NCBI GenBank assembly: GCA_016205145.1 | Contig: JACQJH010000001.1 | Span: 150,001-182,000 of the forward strand | Direction: 5' to 3' | DNA: 32,000 bases | Origin: Candidatus Iainarchaeum sp. | Lineage (GTDB): Archaea > Iainarchaeota > Iainarchaeia > Iainarchaeales > JACQJH01 | Shown: piece after piece, positions 1 to 7,789 of the stretch | Layout of the letters: every line of letters starts with the position of its first letter | How positions within the stretch are numbered: position 1 is the first letter of the stretch | Translations under genes and position numbers: made by a program | The notes under the pieces: model-generated | Told to the model about the DNA's origin: nothing | What the model saw: only the letters and a program-made list of their open reading frames with translations | Database searches by the model: none

Positions 1-1
1 C

Positions 2-565
2 AAGGAAGGGCTTGGCGCGGAGCGGCTTTTGCTGAATGTTTCAAGGCCCGTGCCCTGGAAAGGCCTGCAATACCTGATTAATGCTATGCCGTTAATCAAC
101 CGCGAGTTTGATGATGCCAAGCTTTTGCTTCTGGGCTTCAGGCGCGATGACTACAAGCCTTACACTGCGTGGCTTGAGCGCCTGGCTGAAAGGCGCGGCC
201 TTTCAAACGTGGTTTTCGGCGGAAAAGTGCCTTACTTTGACCTTCCGAAATACTATTCGGCTGCCGACTGCTTTGTCGCGCCCTCGTATCCTGATCCGAG
301 CCCTAAAACCGTTTACGAGGCGCAGGCATGCAACACTCCCGTTGCGGGCGTAAATGGCGCGGGCATTCCCGAAATTTTCGGCCCGGAATCCGGCCTGCTG
401 TTTGAAAAGCGCAATCCGGAAGACCTGGCGGCCAAGGTCATTGAAATCCTTGAAAAGCCCAGGTCTTTCCGCAACGGAAGGGAAACAGTCGAAAAAAAGG
501 CGACCTGGAAAAACTGCGTGAAAAGCCTTGTAGGCGCGTACGAAAAGGCATTGGCGATGCCTTGA
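2..565 (+). CDS. Glycosyltransferase family 1 (GT4-like), C-terminal part; 5' end outside window
   Basis: Frame is open from the window edge. GT-B C-terminal domain pattern in the translation (LLLLG...VVFGGKVPYFDLPKYYSAADCFVAPSYPD...YEAQACNTPVAGVNGAGIPEIF...GLLFE). TGA at 563-565. Confidence 0.8.
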   Translation, partial: KEGLGAERLLLNVSRPVPWKGLQYLINAMPLINREFDDAKLLLLGFRRDDYKPYTAWLERLAERRGLSNVVFGGKVPYFDLPKYYSAADCFVAPSYPDPSPKTVYEAQACNTPVAGVNGAGIPEIFGPESGLLFEKRNPEDLAAKVIEILEKPRSFRNGRETVEKKATWKNCVKSLVGAYEKALAMP

Positions 566-603
566 ACTGCTTGCCTATTGCATTGCTTTTGCCTGTTAGC
601 CCT

Positions 604-1257
604 TTACGCCCTTTTTTTTATCTCTTTGGCGGGGTTGCCCGCAACAATGGTGTAAACCGGAACGTTTTTCGTGACAACCGCGCCGGCTCCGACAATTGCG
701 CCTTTTCCTACTGAAACGCCGGGCAGGATTGTCGCGCCGGCGCCAAGCCAGCAGTCCTCGCCGATTTCGACTGCTTTCTCCTCAAATGCCTGCTGCCTGA
801 TGAGCGCGTTTTTTTTGCGCCCGTGATTGGATGAAGTTATTGTCACTCCCGGGCCGATCCGGGTGTTATTCCCGATTTTAACATTGCCCCTGCCAAGGAT
901 TACGCAGTAAGGGTTTAAGGAGCAATTGCTGCCGATGTCAATGCTTCCCGTTACAGCGTCAAGCAGGCATGCACGCAGGATCTTGGAGTTGTCGCCGATG
1001 GAAATGGAGCCTTCCCGCTCCACGGTTTTCACCGTGGTCAATGAAGAAAGTGTTTCGATGGCAACGTTGTTTCCGAGTGAAACCCGTTTTGCCGAGTCGA
1101 TGTGCACGCCTGGCTCGACTGAAACGTTTCTGCCGATGCGCCTGAAAGAGCCCCGAAATACGAGCAGCCAGAGCCACTGCCTCAGCCTTTTCAGGGCTTT
1201 TGCCAAAAGCTCCGGCAGGGAATTCTGGCCAAAATAGCCAATTCTTTTTTTCGCCAT
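604..1257 (-). CDS. Hexapeptide-repeat (left-handed beta-helix) acetyltransferase
   Basis: C-terminal half is classic LbH repeats ([80 protein letters not shown]). Trimmed from the 1458 ORF start to ATG 1257 (MAKKRIGY...). The upstream 67 codons are low-complexity read-through. Confidence 0.8.
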   Translation of the reverse strand: MAKKRIGYFGQNSLPELLAKALKRLRQWLWLLVFRGSFRRIGRNVSVEPGVHIDSAKRVSLGNNVAIETLSSLTTVKTVEREGSISIGDNSKILRACLLDAVTGSIDIGSNCSLNPYCVILGRGNVKIGNNTRIGPGVTITSSNHGRKKNALIRQQAFEEKAVEIGEDCWLGAGATILPGVSVGKGAIVGAGAVVTKNVPVYTIVAGNPAKEIKKRA

Positions 1258-2346
1258 TAAGCCTATTGTAGTGCTTTCCCCTTTTTTATTGTTGCTGGTT
1301 TTAAGATTGCGGGCCGGCAAAACGCCTTTTTTTGCAAGGGTTTTGTCTAGCCAAAACAACAAAAAAACACCAATTTTTTTATGTATATGTGCCTTTTTCT
1401 CCCAAAATTCTGCCATCTTTGGCGGTTTTCGTGCTTTTTCACCTGCCCGGACGGGCAAAATTTTACAATTGTTTAACGTTAATCATTATGTGGTGGCTGG
1501 TAATTTTTTATCTGCATGAAGTTAAATTGTTCATGGCCATCCCGCCCTCGCTTGAGCGTTCGTGTGCCTTGCCTTCCAGGCACTTTTTTGCGAAAATCGT
1601 ACTCTTGCGCTTTTTTGCCGCCTGCTCCGGCCCGTTGAACCCAAAAATAGCCTCAAAAACAGGTGGTTTGAAATATGATGTTTTAGGGCATATTTTAGTT
1701 GTTGTTTCAAACCATTTTTCGTCCAAAAATCCGCAAAAAACAACCATTTTGGCATTTTTGGCGTTTTTTTGGCAATCGAGTAGGGTTTGGAAACCAAACT
1801 ATTGCAAAGAAAGCAATATAAAAAAGCGTATATTTTTTCTCTTTAAGATAAATTATTTACGTTTTTTTGTTATGTAGTTGGCTTTTTTGCCTGTTTTTGG
1901 CTTTTTTGCCAAAATGCGCTCACGAATTCATTGTCTTTGATGAATAAACTATCTTGGCAGTTTCATTAGCAGGCAAACCAAATTCTGCCAGAAAACCCAG
2001 CCAAAAACGCTAATCTATTAACCCAATAAAGTGTTTTGCCCTTTGTGCTTTTGCCTTGCCTTTCATTCAGGTCTTGGTTGGAAAGCCGGCCTCGTCTGTT
2101 AGGTGAAGGCGGCGGCCATGCGCAAAGGTGGTGTAGGGGGTGGTGTTTTGGCCGGGGAGGAGAGCCGACATAGCGGTGGAAGCGGGAGAGGAGAGGGAAG
2201 TGTGGTGCCAGGCTTCCGTCCAAGGCAAGCAGCCAGAGCAACCTGAAAGATTTGTCTTGCCGGGTGGCTTTTTTGCCCTTGGGCGGCTATCCGATAAACG
2301 AATTCGGCCAATCTGATGAAAATCTTGCCAAAAAAGCCTTGTTCTT

Positions 2347-2763
2347 TCAGGCGGTGTAGCCTTCGATTTTGGCAATTTTCCATTCGACTGAAACGTCCTT
2401 GCCGGCTTTGCAATCGCTTATTCCCACTGTGGCTTCCTTGCCGTCCACAAATAGCTTCAAAAACTCGTCTTTTGCAGGTTTTATGCCATTTATCGACTCC
2501 ACCATGGCGCCGAAAGAGTATTCTTTTACGCCCACGTCGGCAAGCGATTTCATGGCTTCAAGGCAATTGGTTCCTTTTGCGACCTGTGAACTTTTTTCCA
2601 GCAAAACCTTGCCATCCAGGTTGCTGACCTTGAGCGAAAACAAGACGGTTTGCCCTGCATCCGTGCCTTTGCCCTGCCTTTGTTCAGTCGTCTGACTTGT
2701 ACAGCCTGACACTAGTAGTAGTGCCAGCAGCAGTGCGGCTAAAGCTGATTGCCTTGAATCCAT
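2347..2763 (-). CDS. Lipoprotein with DUF4430 / transcobalamin-beta-like domain
   Basis: Start at ATG 2763 gives MDSRQSALAALLLALLLVSGC, a signal peptide plus lipobox Cys. C-terminal pattern GAMVESINGIKP...FLKLFVDGKEATVGISDCKAGKDVSVEWK resembles DUF4430. Confidence 0.7.
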   Translation of the reverse strand: MDSRQSALAALLLALLLVSGCTSQTTEQRQGKGTDAGQTVLFSLKVSNLDGKVLLEKSSQVAKGTNCLEAMKSLADVGVKEYSFGAMVESINGIKPAKDEFLKLFVDGKEATVGISDCKAGKDVSVEWKIAKIEGYTA

Positions 2764-3391
2764 TGTTTTTCCTCCATTTGAGCAGCGGCTTGAGCGCCAA
2801 CGCAAAAGCCACATTCGAAATAATGTGAACGAGTGAAAACGGCAGGGATGTTAGGAAATACAGCGGAATTGCCAGCAGCCCCAGGCCGAAAACGCCCGCG
2901 CCAATGCCCATGAACGCGCCTGAAATGTTCATTATGGCTTCAAATAAAACCGTGCCCAGGACGCTTAGCACAACAAGGTCAATCCAGGTCGGCTTTTTCG
3001 CTTTTCCTGCAAAGCCTGCAACCATGCCCGCCAGGCCTGCTCCGAGCGCCTGGAAGACAGTCCAGGGCCCCTGCAGGCCCCAGATGAAAAAGTTTGACAT
3101 GATGTAAGCCGAGCCGCCAAGGGCAAAGCCTTCCCGTGCGCCGAAAAGCAGGCCTGCAAGCACTGCAAACGGAATGATCGGCTCAACGGATGGCACGAAC
3201 TGCAACGCTATTCTTCCGGCGGTTGCAGCCGCCACAAGGCCCAAGAACAATGCAGTTGCCTTCGCCTCGTCCTTGAACTTGGAACCCTTTACTTCAGAAA
3301 AAATCTGCCTGGCGATGCCTTCCGCCTTTAGTTGCGGCTTCTGGCTGGCTTGTGTTAGAGTTTTCTGCACCAATTTTTTTCCCCAAAACAT
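2684..3391 (-). CDS. Polytopic membrane protein, ECF-transporter S-component-like
   Basis: ATG 3391. About 5-6 hydrophobic helices rich in small residues (LQFVPSVEPIIPFAVLAGLLFGAREGFALGG...GPWTVFQALGAGLAGMVAGF...). Its 3' 80 nt overlap the DUF4430 gene in another frame. Confidence 0.6.
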   Translation of the reverse strand: MFWGKKLVQKTLTQASQKPQLKAEGIARQIFSEVKGSKFKDEAKATALFLGLVAAATAGRIALQFVPSVEPIIPFAVLAGLLFGAREGFALGGSAYIMSNFFIWGLQGPWTVFQALGAGLAGMVAGFAGKAKKPTWIDLVVLSVLGTVLFEAIMNISGAFMGIGAGVFGLGLLAIPLYFLTSLPFSLVHIISNVAFALALKPLLKWRKNNGFKAISFSRTAAGTTTSVRLYKSDD

Positions 3392-3436
3392 TATTCGGAG
3401 TACGCGGTTTTATTTGTTTCTGCGCAAACTCTTTTT
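3392..3436. promoter_or_regulatory. Divergent promoter spacer with a shared AT-rich (TATA-like) box
   Basis: A 45-nt gap separates the divergent ATGs at 3391(-) and 3437(+). The ggttttatttgtttc box lies about 25-30 nt from both ATGs, consistent with leaderless or short-leader archaeal transcripts. Confidence 0.35.
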
Positions 3437-4051
3437 ATGCCGGAAACAAAGGCAGGGCTTGTCAGGAAGGCAATCCTGGCACAGTATGTCCTGCTCGCGT
3501 ATAACCTTGCCGAAGGGATTCTCTCGGTTTTTTTCGGGCTTGGCGCGGGAAGCGTTGCGCTTCTCGGCTTCGGCTTGGACAGTTTTATCGAGGCGGCTTC
3601 AACTGCCATAGTGCTGTTGCGCCTCAAAAAGTCCGGGAAAGTGCCGGAAAAAGTGGAGGAATCGCATGAATTGCGCGCATTCCGGCTGGTCGGAGCGCTC
3701 TTTATCCTGCTTGCAATCTACGTGTCCTTTGATTCCGCCAGAAAGCTCCTGCTGCATGAGCAGCCGCAGGCAAGTCCGGCAGGGATTGCGATTGCCCTCG
3801 CTTCAATTGTTCTCATGGGATATTTTTCAAAATACCGCCACGGTCTTGGCCATGAAATCGGCAGCCGCGCCCTCATTGCGGATTCCAGGCAGACACAGCT
3901 TTGCGTTTTCATGTCTTATGCCCTGCTTGCCGGCATTGGCTTGAACGTTCTTTTCGGCTGGTGGTGGGCTGATCCACTGGCGGGAATTGTGATTGCAGCC
4001 TTGGCCTTCATCGAAGGAAAGAAGGCGCTTGAAGGCAAAACCTGCTGTTGA
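3437..4051 (+). CDS. Cation diffusion facilitator-like cation transporter (membrane domain only)
   Basis: Six hydrophobic segments with CDF-like motifs (GSVALLGFGLDSFIEAAS; GSRALIADSRQTQLC; WWWADPLAGIVIA). No cytoplasmic C-terminal domain. Confidence 0.7.
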   Translation: MPETKAGLVRKAILAQYVLLAYNLAEGILSVFFGLGAGSVALLGFGLDSFIEAASTAIVLLRLKKSGKVPEKVEESHELRAFRLVGALFILLAIYVSFDSARKLLLHEQPQASPAGIAIALASIVLMGYFSKYRHGLGHEIGSRALIADSRQTQLCVFMSYALLAGIGLNVLFGWWWADPLAGIVIAALAFIEGKKALEGKTCC

Positions 4052-4065
4052 AACAGCAAACCAGA

Positions 4066-4124
4066 CCGGCGTGTTTGGCCGGTGAAATAAAAATAGAAAT
4101 GAAAAGCGGTTTTTTTCCCGCTTT
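4066..4124. terminator. Two hairpins between convergent genes (candidate bidirectional terminator)
   Basis: ccggc-gtgtttg-gccgg (4066-4082) and aaagcgg-ttttttt(c)-ccgcttt (4103-4124), with a T7/A7 run, between the CDF stop (4051) and the TRAM stop (4124). Confidence 0.4.
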
Positions 4125-4510
4125 CACTCAAACTTTTCTTCGTCTTCGGGGCTTTCCTCGGACTCTTCTTCCTCGTCTTCGGATTCTTCGGAGTCCTCTG
4201 AGGGTTCTTCTTCGCTTTCCTCTTCGGAGTCTTCTTTTTCAGAGTCCTCGTCTTCGGAGCTTTCGCTTTCCTCGGCTTTTGCCTCGCTTTTGCCGACGAT
4301 TTCGGAGAATGCAACGCTTTTCCTTATCGCGTTGATTTTGACCTTTATCTTGTCGCCTTTTTTTGCGCCCGGCACTATGATGACAAAGCCCTTGATTTTG
4401 GCTATGCCATCCCCTTTCTCGCCGACGCTTTCGATTTCAACGTCGTATTCCTGGCCTTCCTTCACGGGCTTGTCAGCCGGAAAAGAGTTTCTTGGAAATC
4501 TGCCATTCAT
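4124..4510 (-). CDS. TRAM-domain protein with about 55-aa poly-acidic/Ser C-terminal tail
   Basis: KPVKEGQEYDVEIESVGEKGDGIAKIKGFVIIVPGAKKGDKIKVKINAIRKSVAFSEIV is the small archaeal TRAM fold pattern. Tail: SEAKAEESESSEDEDSEKEDSEEESEEEPSEDSEESEDEEEESEESPEDEEKFE. Confidence 0.8.
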   Translation of the reverse strand: MNGRFPRNSFPADKPVKEGQEYDVEIESVGEKGDGIAKIKGFVIIVPGAKKGDKIKVKINAIRKSVAFSEIVGKSEAKAEESESSEDEDSEKEDSEEESEEEPSEDSEESEDEEEESEESPEDEEKFE

Positions 4511-4570
4511 TTATGCTCACTCTCCCATAAGTCTGAATGATTTTTGTACGAATGATCTTTTTTTGCCTGG

Positions 4571-5296
4571 TCAGAACCTTCTGCGCGGGGTGAATTCCCT
4601 TCTGTCGCCGAATCTCCTGAACGGCCTTCTGCCCTGCTGCCTTTCTTCGTCTTTTTCCTCGCCTTCCTTGACAATGTATTCGAATTCCACGAGCTTTTCG
4701 TCAAACTTGGCCTCGTCTTTGAGCGCGCCGCTTTTTTTGAGCAGCTCTTTTGCCAGCAGCCAGTATACGAGGGCAAGGCTCTGCCTTCCCTTGTTGTTTA
4801 CCGGTATTACCATGTCAATGCCCCTGAGCGAATTGTTGGTTGATGCGAGCGCAACCACCGGGATTTTCACTACTCCGGCTTCCTTTATGGCCTGCTCGTC
4901 CGCGTCTGGTTCGGTGCAGAGCAAAACTTTGGGTTCGAAGAACTGCGTCGATTCCGGGTTTGAGAATGTTCCCGGCACGAACCTGCCCACGAACGGCCTT
5001 GCCCCGACAACTTCGCAGAATTTTTTTGCCGGCGTCTGGCCGTAAACCTTTCTTGAAACGACCGCGATTTTCGACGGTTCGAATCCTGAAAGGAATTCTG
5101 CAGCCATGCGGATCCTCTGGTCGATTGTTGCAATGTCCAGAACGTTCAGGCCGTCCTTTCTTTTCTTGAAAATGTACCTTTTCATGTCGCCTGACGTGAA
5201 TTTTGTGCCGATGTGGCAGCCTGTCTTCAGGTATTTTTCGCTCGGCACCAGCGTTTTTTCGCCTGCCGTGGTTTCCGTTGTAGTTTCTTCAGCCAT
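4571..5296 (-). CDS. rps2: 30S ribosomal protein uS2
   Basis: Trimmed to ATG 5296 (MAEETTT...KYLKTGCHIGTKF...LNVLDIATIDQRIRMAA...VVSRKVYGQ...PGTFSNP...LLCTEPDADEQAIKEA..IPVVALASTNNSL). The upstream 111 codons are read-through across rpoN. Confidence 0.95.
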   Translation of the reverse strand: MAEETTTETTAGEKTLVPSEKYLKTGCHIGTKFTSGDMKRYIFKKRKDGLNVLDIATIDQRIRMAAEFLSGFEPSKIAVVSRKVYGQTPAKKFCEVVGARPFVGRFVPGTFSNPESTQFFEPKVLLCTEPDADEQAIKEAGVVKIPVVALASTNNSLRGIDMVIPVNNKGRQSLALVYWLLAKELLKKSGALKDEAKFDEKLVEFEYIVKEGEEKDEERQQGRRPFRRFGDRREFTPRRRF

Positions 5297-5310
5297 GAAT
5301 GTATCCGCCC

Positions 5311-5505
5311 TTAAACATTGAATTTCATGAGGTCGTCTATCATTTCCGTGTTGGAGATGAGCATGCGCCTGCAGCAATACCTTGTTATGCCGAGGCTGTT
5401 GAGCACCTGCTCCGGGTTTTCGCCTTTCGCTGTCCTGTCCTTGAACTCCTCGAATGCGTCGGCTATGACCTTGCCGCACGAAAAACACCTTACAGGTATC
5501 ATCAT
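5311..5505 (-). CDS. rpoN: DNA-directed RNA polymerase subunit N (Rpb10 homologue)
   Basis: [21 protein letters not shown]...[20 protein letters not shown] is the canonical RpoN zinc-bundle sequence. Confidence 0.95.
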   Translation of the reverse strand: MMIPVRCFSCGKVIADAFEEFKDRTAKGENPEQVLNSLGITRYCCRRMLISNTEMIDDLMKFNV

Positions 5506-5525
5506 CTTGTATTCCCCCGGAATGT

Positions 5526-5972
5526 TTACCTCTTGCTTTTCTGTTTCTTCTTTCTTGCCTTTTTACCCAAAGGCTTCTTGCTTTCAACCCTTCTGGGGTC
5601 GTCGACGACCATGAGCCTGTCATAGGCAATGAATTTTTTCCTCAGCTTCTCGTCTTTGGTGAATGCCAGAAGCGCTTTTGCAATTGCGGCCCTGCTTGCG
5701 ATTGCCTGTCCCATGAAGCCGCCGCCCTCGACCTTGACGTCAATGTCAACGGTTTTTGCGAGTTCCGGTGCCAACGACAATGGCTCCATTGCTATTTCCT
5801 GCAAGTATTTTGACTCGATTGTTTCGATGCCGCGGCTGTTCACCTTGATTGAGCCCTTGCCAGCGGTTATGGTGGCTCTCGCCGTAGCCATTTTTCTCTT
5901 GCTTTTCGAGTTCACGCCGGTTTTGACCTTTTTCCTGCGCTTCTTTTTTTCCTTTGCGATTTCTTCAGCCAT
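5526..5972 (-). CDS. rps9: 30S ribosomal protein uS9
   Basis: [13 protein letters not shown]...[28 protein letters not shown]...[32 protein letters not shown]. Confidence 0.95.
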   Translation of the reverse strand: MAEEIAKEKKKRRKKVKTGVNSKSKRKMATARATITAGKGSIKVNSRGIETIESKYLQEIAMEPLSLAPELAKTVDIDVKVEGGGFMGQAIASRAAIAKALLAFTKDEKLRKKFIAYDRLMVVDDPRRVESKKPLGKKARKKKQKSKR

Positions 5973-5977
5973 TCATT

Positions 5978-6397
5978 TCACCATTTTGCGCCCAGCATCG
6001 CGCTTAATTCTTCGACCGTGACAAAGTTGTGCTTTTTTTCGCTCAGCGCGCTTTCAACGGTTTCAAGCTTTTCGTTTTTGAGTTCTTCCGGCACGCCTAT
6101 GAAGACCTTGACGTTCGCGTACGCCTTTCTTCCGCTTGCCCTCTCGGACGGCAGCATTCCCTTGATTGCCTTCCTGACAATCTTGTCCGGCATCCTGCTC
6201 CATTTGGGGCTCATGTGGGGATTGCCTTTTGCGGTAAGGTTGAGCCTTGTCTTCCATTTTTCCGCAAGCCCGACCCTTGAGCCCGTGAAGCCCGCCTTTT
6301 CGGCGTTCACCACGTTGATTTTTTCGCCCGCAAGCGCTTTTTTTGCCAGCACGGAAGCAAGCCTTCCAACAACGAGGTTTGAAGCGTCAACGTTCAT
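5978..6397 (-). CDS. rpl13: 50S ribosomal protein uL13
   Basis: MNVDASNLVVGRLASVLAKKALAGEKINVVNAEKAGFTG... ATG 6397 is preceded by AGGTGG. The ORF-track start at 6406 is GTG. Confidence 0.93.
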   Translation of the reverse strand: MNVDASNLVVGRLASVLAKKALAGEKINVVNAEKAGFTGSRVGLAEKWKTRLNLTAKGNPHMSPKWSRMPDKIVRKAIKGMLPSERASGRKAYANVKVFIGVPEELKNEKLETVESALSEKKHNFVTVEELSAMLGAKW

Positions 6398-6406
6398 TTT
6401 TCCCAC

Positions 6407-6781
6407 CTAACCGATTATTACAATGTTCTCCGGCTTTTCATTTTCCTCTAAAAGCTGGTTTATTGAAAGCGCCTTGCCCTTGACGCCAATCTTGTCGATT
6501 GCCTTTTGGCTGAAATCGAAGGCGCAGACCTTGGCCTTCACTCCGATTTCGCCTGAGCCGAGCACCTTGCCCGGCACAAGCAGGGTTTTGCCGGAAAACT
6601 TTTTCGCCATTGCGTCAACCTTCCAGAGGTTCATATGTATTCTTTTCCTGCGCGGCCTTTTCAGCTTTTCCGCAACCGCTTTCCAGACGGCCCTCTTTTC
6701 CTTCCTGCCTTTCTTTTCAAGCGCTAGGATGAGCTCCTTGGCTTCCAGGTTTTTCGGCCCTTGGTCTTTTCTTGTCTTCAT
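6407..6781 (-). CDS. rpl18e: 50S ribosomal protein eL18 (L18e)
   Basis: Position between tRNA/rpoD and L13. Translation: ...LILALEKKGRKEKRAVWKAVAEKLKRPRRKRIHMNLWKV...LLVPGKVLGSGEI. Confidence 0.9.
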   Translation of the reverse strand: MKTRKDQGPKNLEAKELILALEKKGRKEKRAVWKAVAEKLKRPRRKRIHMNLWKVDAMAKKFSGKTLLVPGKVLGSGEIGVKAKVCAFDFSQKAIDKIGVKGKALSINQLLEENEKPENIVIIG

Positions 6782-6844
6782 TTTTCAACACCGGTTTTCA
6801 TTTCATTTTTACTGTCGCTTACTGCTGCGCCTCTCCCGTTTTTT

Positions 6845-6963
6845 TGCAGGAGGGCGGATTCGAACCGCCGAAGGCACTAAGCCAGCAGATTTCCCAAAAA
6901 AACTTTTTTCCAAAACATTTTTTTTCTTAAGTCTGCCCCCGTTGACCGCTTGGGTACTCCTGC
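6845..6963 (-). tRNA. tRNA-Leu (anticodon UAA), class II, with about 35-nt intron after position 37; no encoded CCA
   Basis: Hand-folded on the minus strand. Acceptor GCAGGAG/CTCCTGC (7 bp, discriminator A); D arm CCC-AAGCGGTCAAC-GGG; anticodon stem GCAGA/TCTGC with loop CTTAAG|intron|A; variable arm GGC-TTAGT-GCC; T arm GGCGG-TTCGAAT-CCGCC. Intron at about 6891-6925, A/T-rich. Confidence 0.9.
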
Positions 6964-7039
6964 ACAGGGGCTTGCGCCCCTTGTAAACCCCCTTCGAGGC
7001 ATTGCTGCGGCAACGCCTCAAATTCGGTTTTTTTCTCGG

Positions 7040-7789
7040 TCATAACTTGGAGAGTTCTTTCCTGAATTCCTCCGCTTTTGCTTTCAGCGCTTCCGCTGCC
7101 TGTTCAAGTATTTCGTTTGCCGGGAGGCTGCCGCTTGACTCGACCGTGAGCACGAATTCGTCGCTTTCGTAGTCCAATGCCAGGGCTCCGCCGGAAATTT
7201 CCCCGGTTTTTTCCTTTGAATAATGGAACGTGTAAGGGTCAACCATCGAAATTTTTTTGCCCTTGAGTTCGAAAACGTCTTTCGGCGCCTTTTTGAGTAT
7301 GTCCTCGGGCTTGGCAGAATCGTTTTTCTGCACGAGCTTTGGGACCTCGTTGAACGCGATTATGCCTGGCTGCCATTTCGAATTCTCTTTTCCGGTCGAC
7401 ATGACTGCTTCCATTTCCAGCTTGAGCTTCTGGCCTTTCTTGAGCTTTGTTATCGGAATCTTTGCGCTGGCAATCTCTATTTTCGGGTCCGCGCATTTTA
7501 TGTCCTTGCTGTAGACAGTGCACGGGCCTTCCTTTTCAAGCACGAGCTTTACCTTGTCGCCTTCCTTGTAGGATTTGGTGTCGGTTTTCACGGGCAGCAG
7601 GCCGAGCCTATGCGCGAGCATTTCGTCGAACATCACGGAATCATTTTCGTAGACGGAAACGGTTTCTATTGCGAGCACGGGCACGTGCGCCATGGCAGAC
7701 CTGCGGATTGCGTTCATGAACGTCGTGGTTGCGCCTTTAACGACAAACCTGGAAACGTTGTTGTCTTCGCTTACCTTTTTTATCTCCAC
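7040..7789 (-). CDS. rpoD: DNA-directed RNA polymerase subunit D (Rpb3 homologue)
   Basis: ...VEIKKVSEDNNVSRFVVKGATTTFMNAIRRSAMAHVPVLAIETVSVYENDSVMFDEMLAHRLGLLPV... No ATG is available. GTG 7789 lies 7 nt after GGAGGG; the ORF-track TTG at 7807 is the alternative. Confidence 0.9.
   Translation of the reverse strand: MEIKKVSEDNNVSRFVVKGATTTFMNAIRRSAMAHVPVLAIETVSVYENDSVMFDEMLAHRLGLLPVKTDTKSYKEGDKVKLVLEKEGPCTVYSKDIKCADPKIEIASAKIPITKLKKGQKLKLEMEAVMSTGKENSKWQPGIIAFNEVPKLVQKNDSAKPEDILKKAPKDVFELKGKKISMVDPYTFHYSKEKTGEISGGALALDYESDEFVLTVESSGSLPANEILEQAAEALKAKAEEFRKELSKL

Noticed and set aside
1258-1458. N-terminal extensions offered by the ORF track: 604-1458, 4571-5629, 15655-16404, 16224-16742, 17426-18235, plus TTG/GTG first codons for L13, L15, L19e, L23, L29, L34e, L4, L5 and S13.
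   Set aside because: The extensions read through upstream genes or intergenic DNA in another frame. Conserved N-termini begin at internal ATGs preceded by SD-like motifs, so I trimmed to those.
1332-1877. 181-aa plus-strand ORF, and the 79-aa and 88-aa minus-strand ORFs, in the non-coding stretch.
   Set aside because: The sequences are dominated by F/K/L from T/A tracts. They have no SD or start context and no domain-like pattern.
1258-2060. Calling the AT-rich, repeat-studded stretch a replication origin.
   Set aside because: There is no adjacent orc1/cdc6, no recognisable ORB-type inverted repeats, and no skew data from a single window. It is mentioned only as one possibility.
2062-2320. 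Calling the GC-rich island RNase P RNA, SRP RNA or 5S rRNA.
   Set aside because: Only short motif resemblances exist. The order of CR-like strings is wrong for RNase P. No P2/P3, no GNRA helix-8 loop for SRP, and no CCGAAC/GAAGUUAAGC for 5S. It is reported only as an unassigned candidate.
5076-5086. GGTTCGAATCC T-loop-like string on the plus strand.
   Set aside because: The flanks do not form a T-stem or any other tRNA arm, and it lies inside the uS2 coding sequence.
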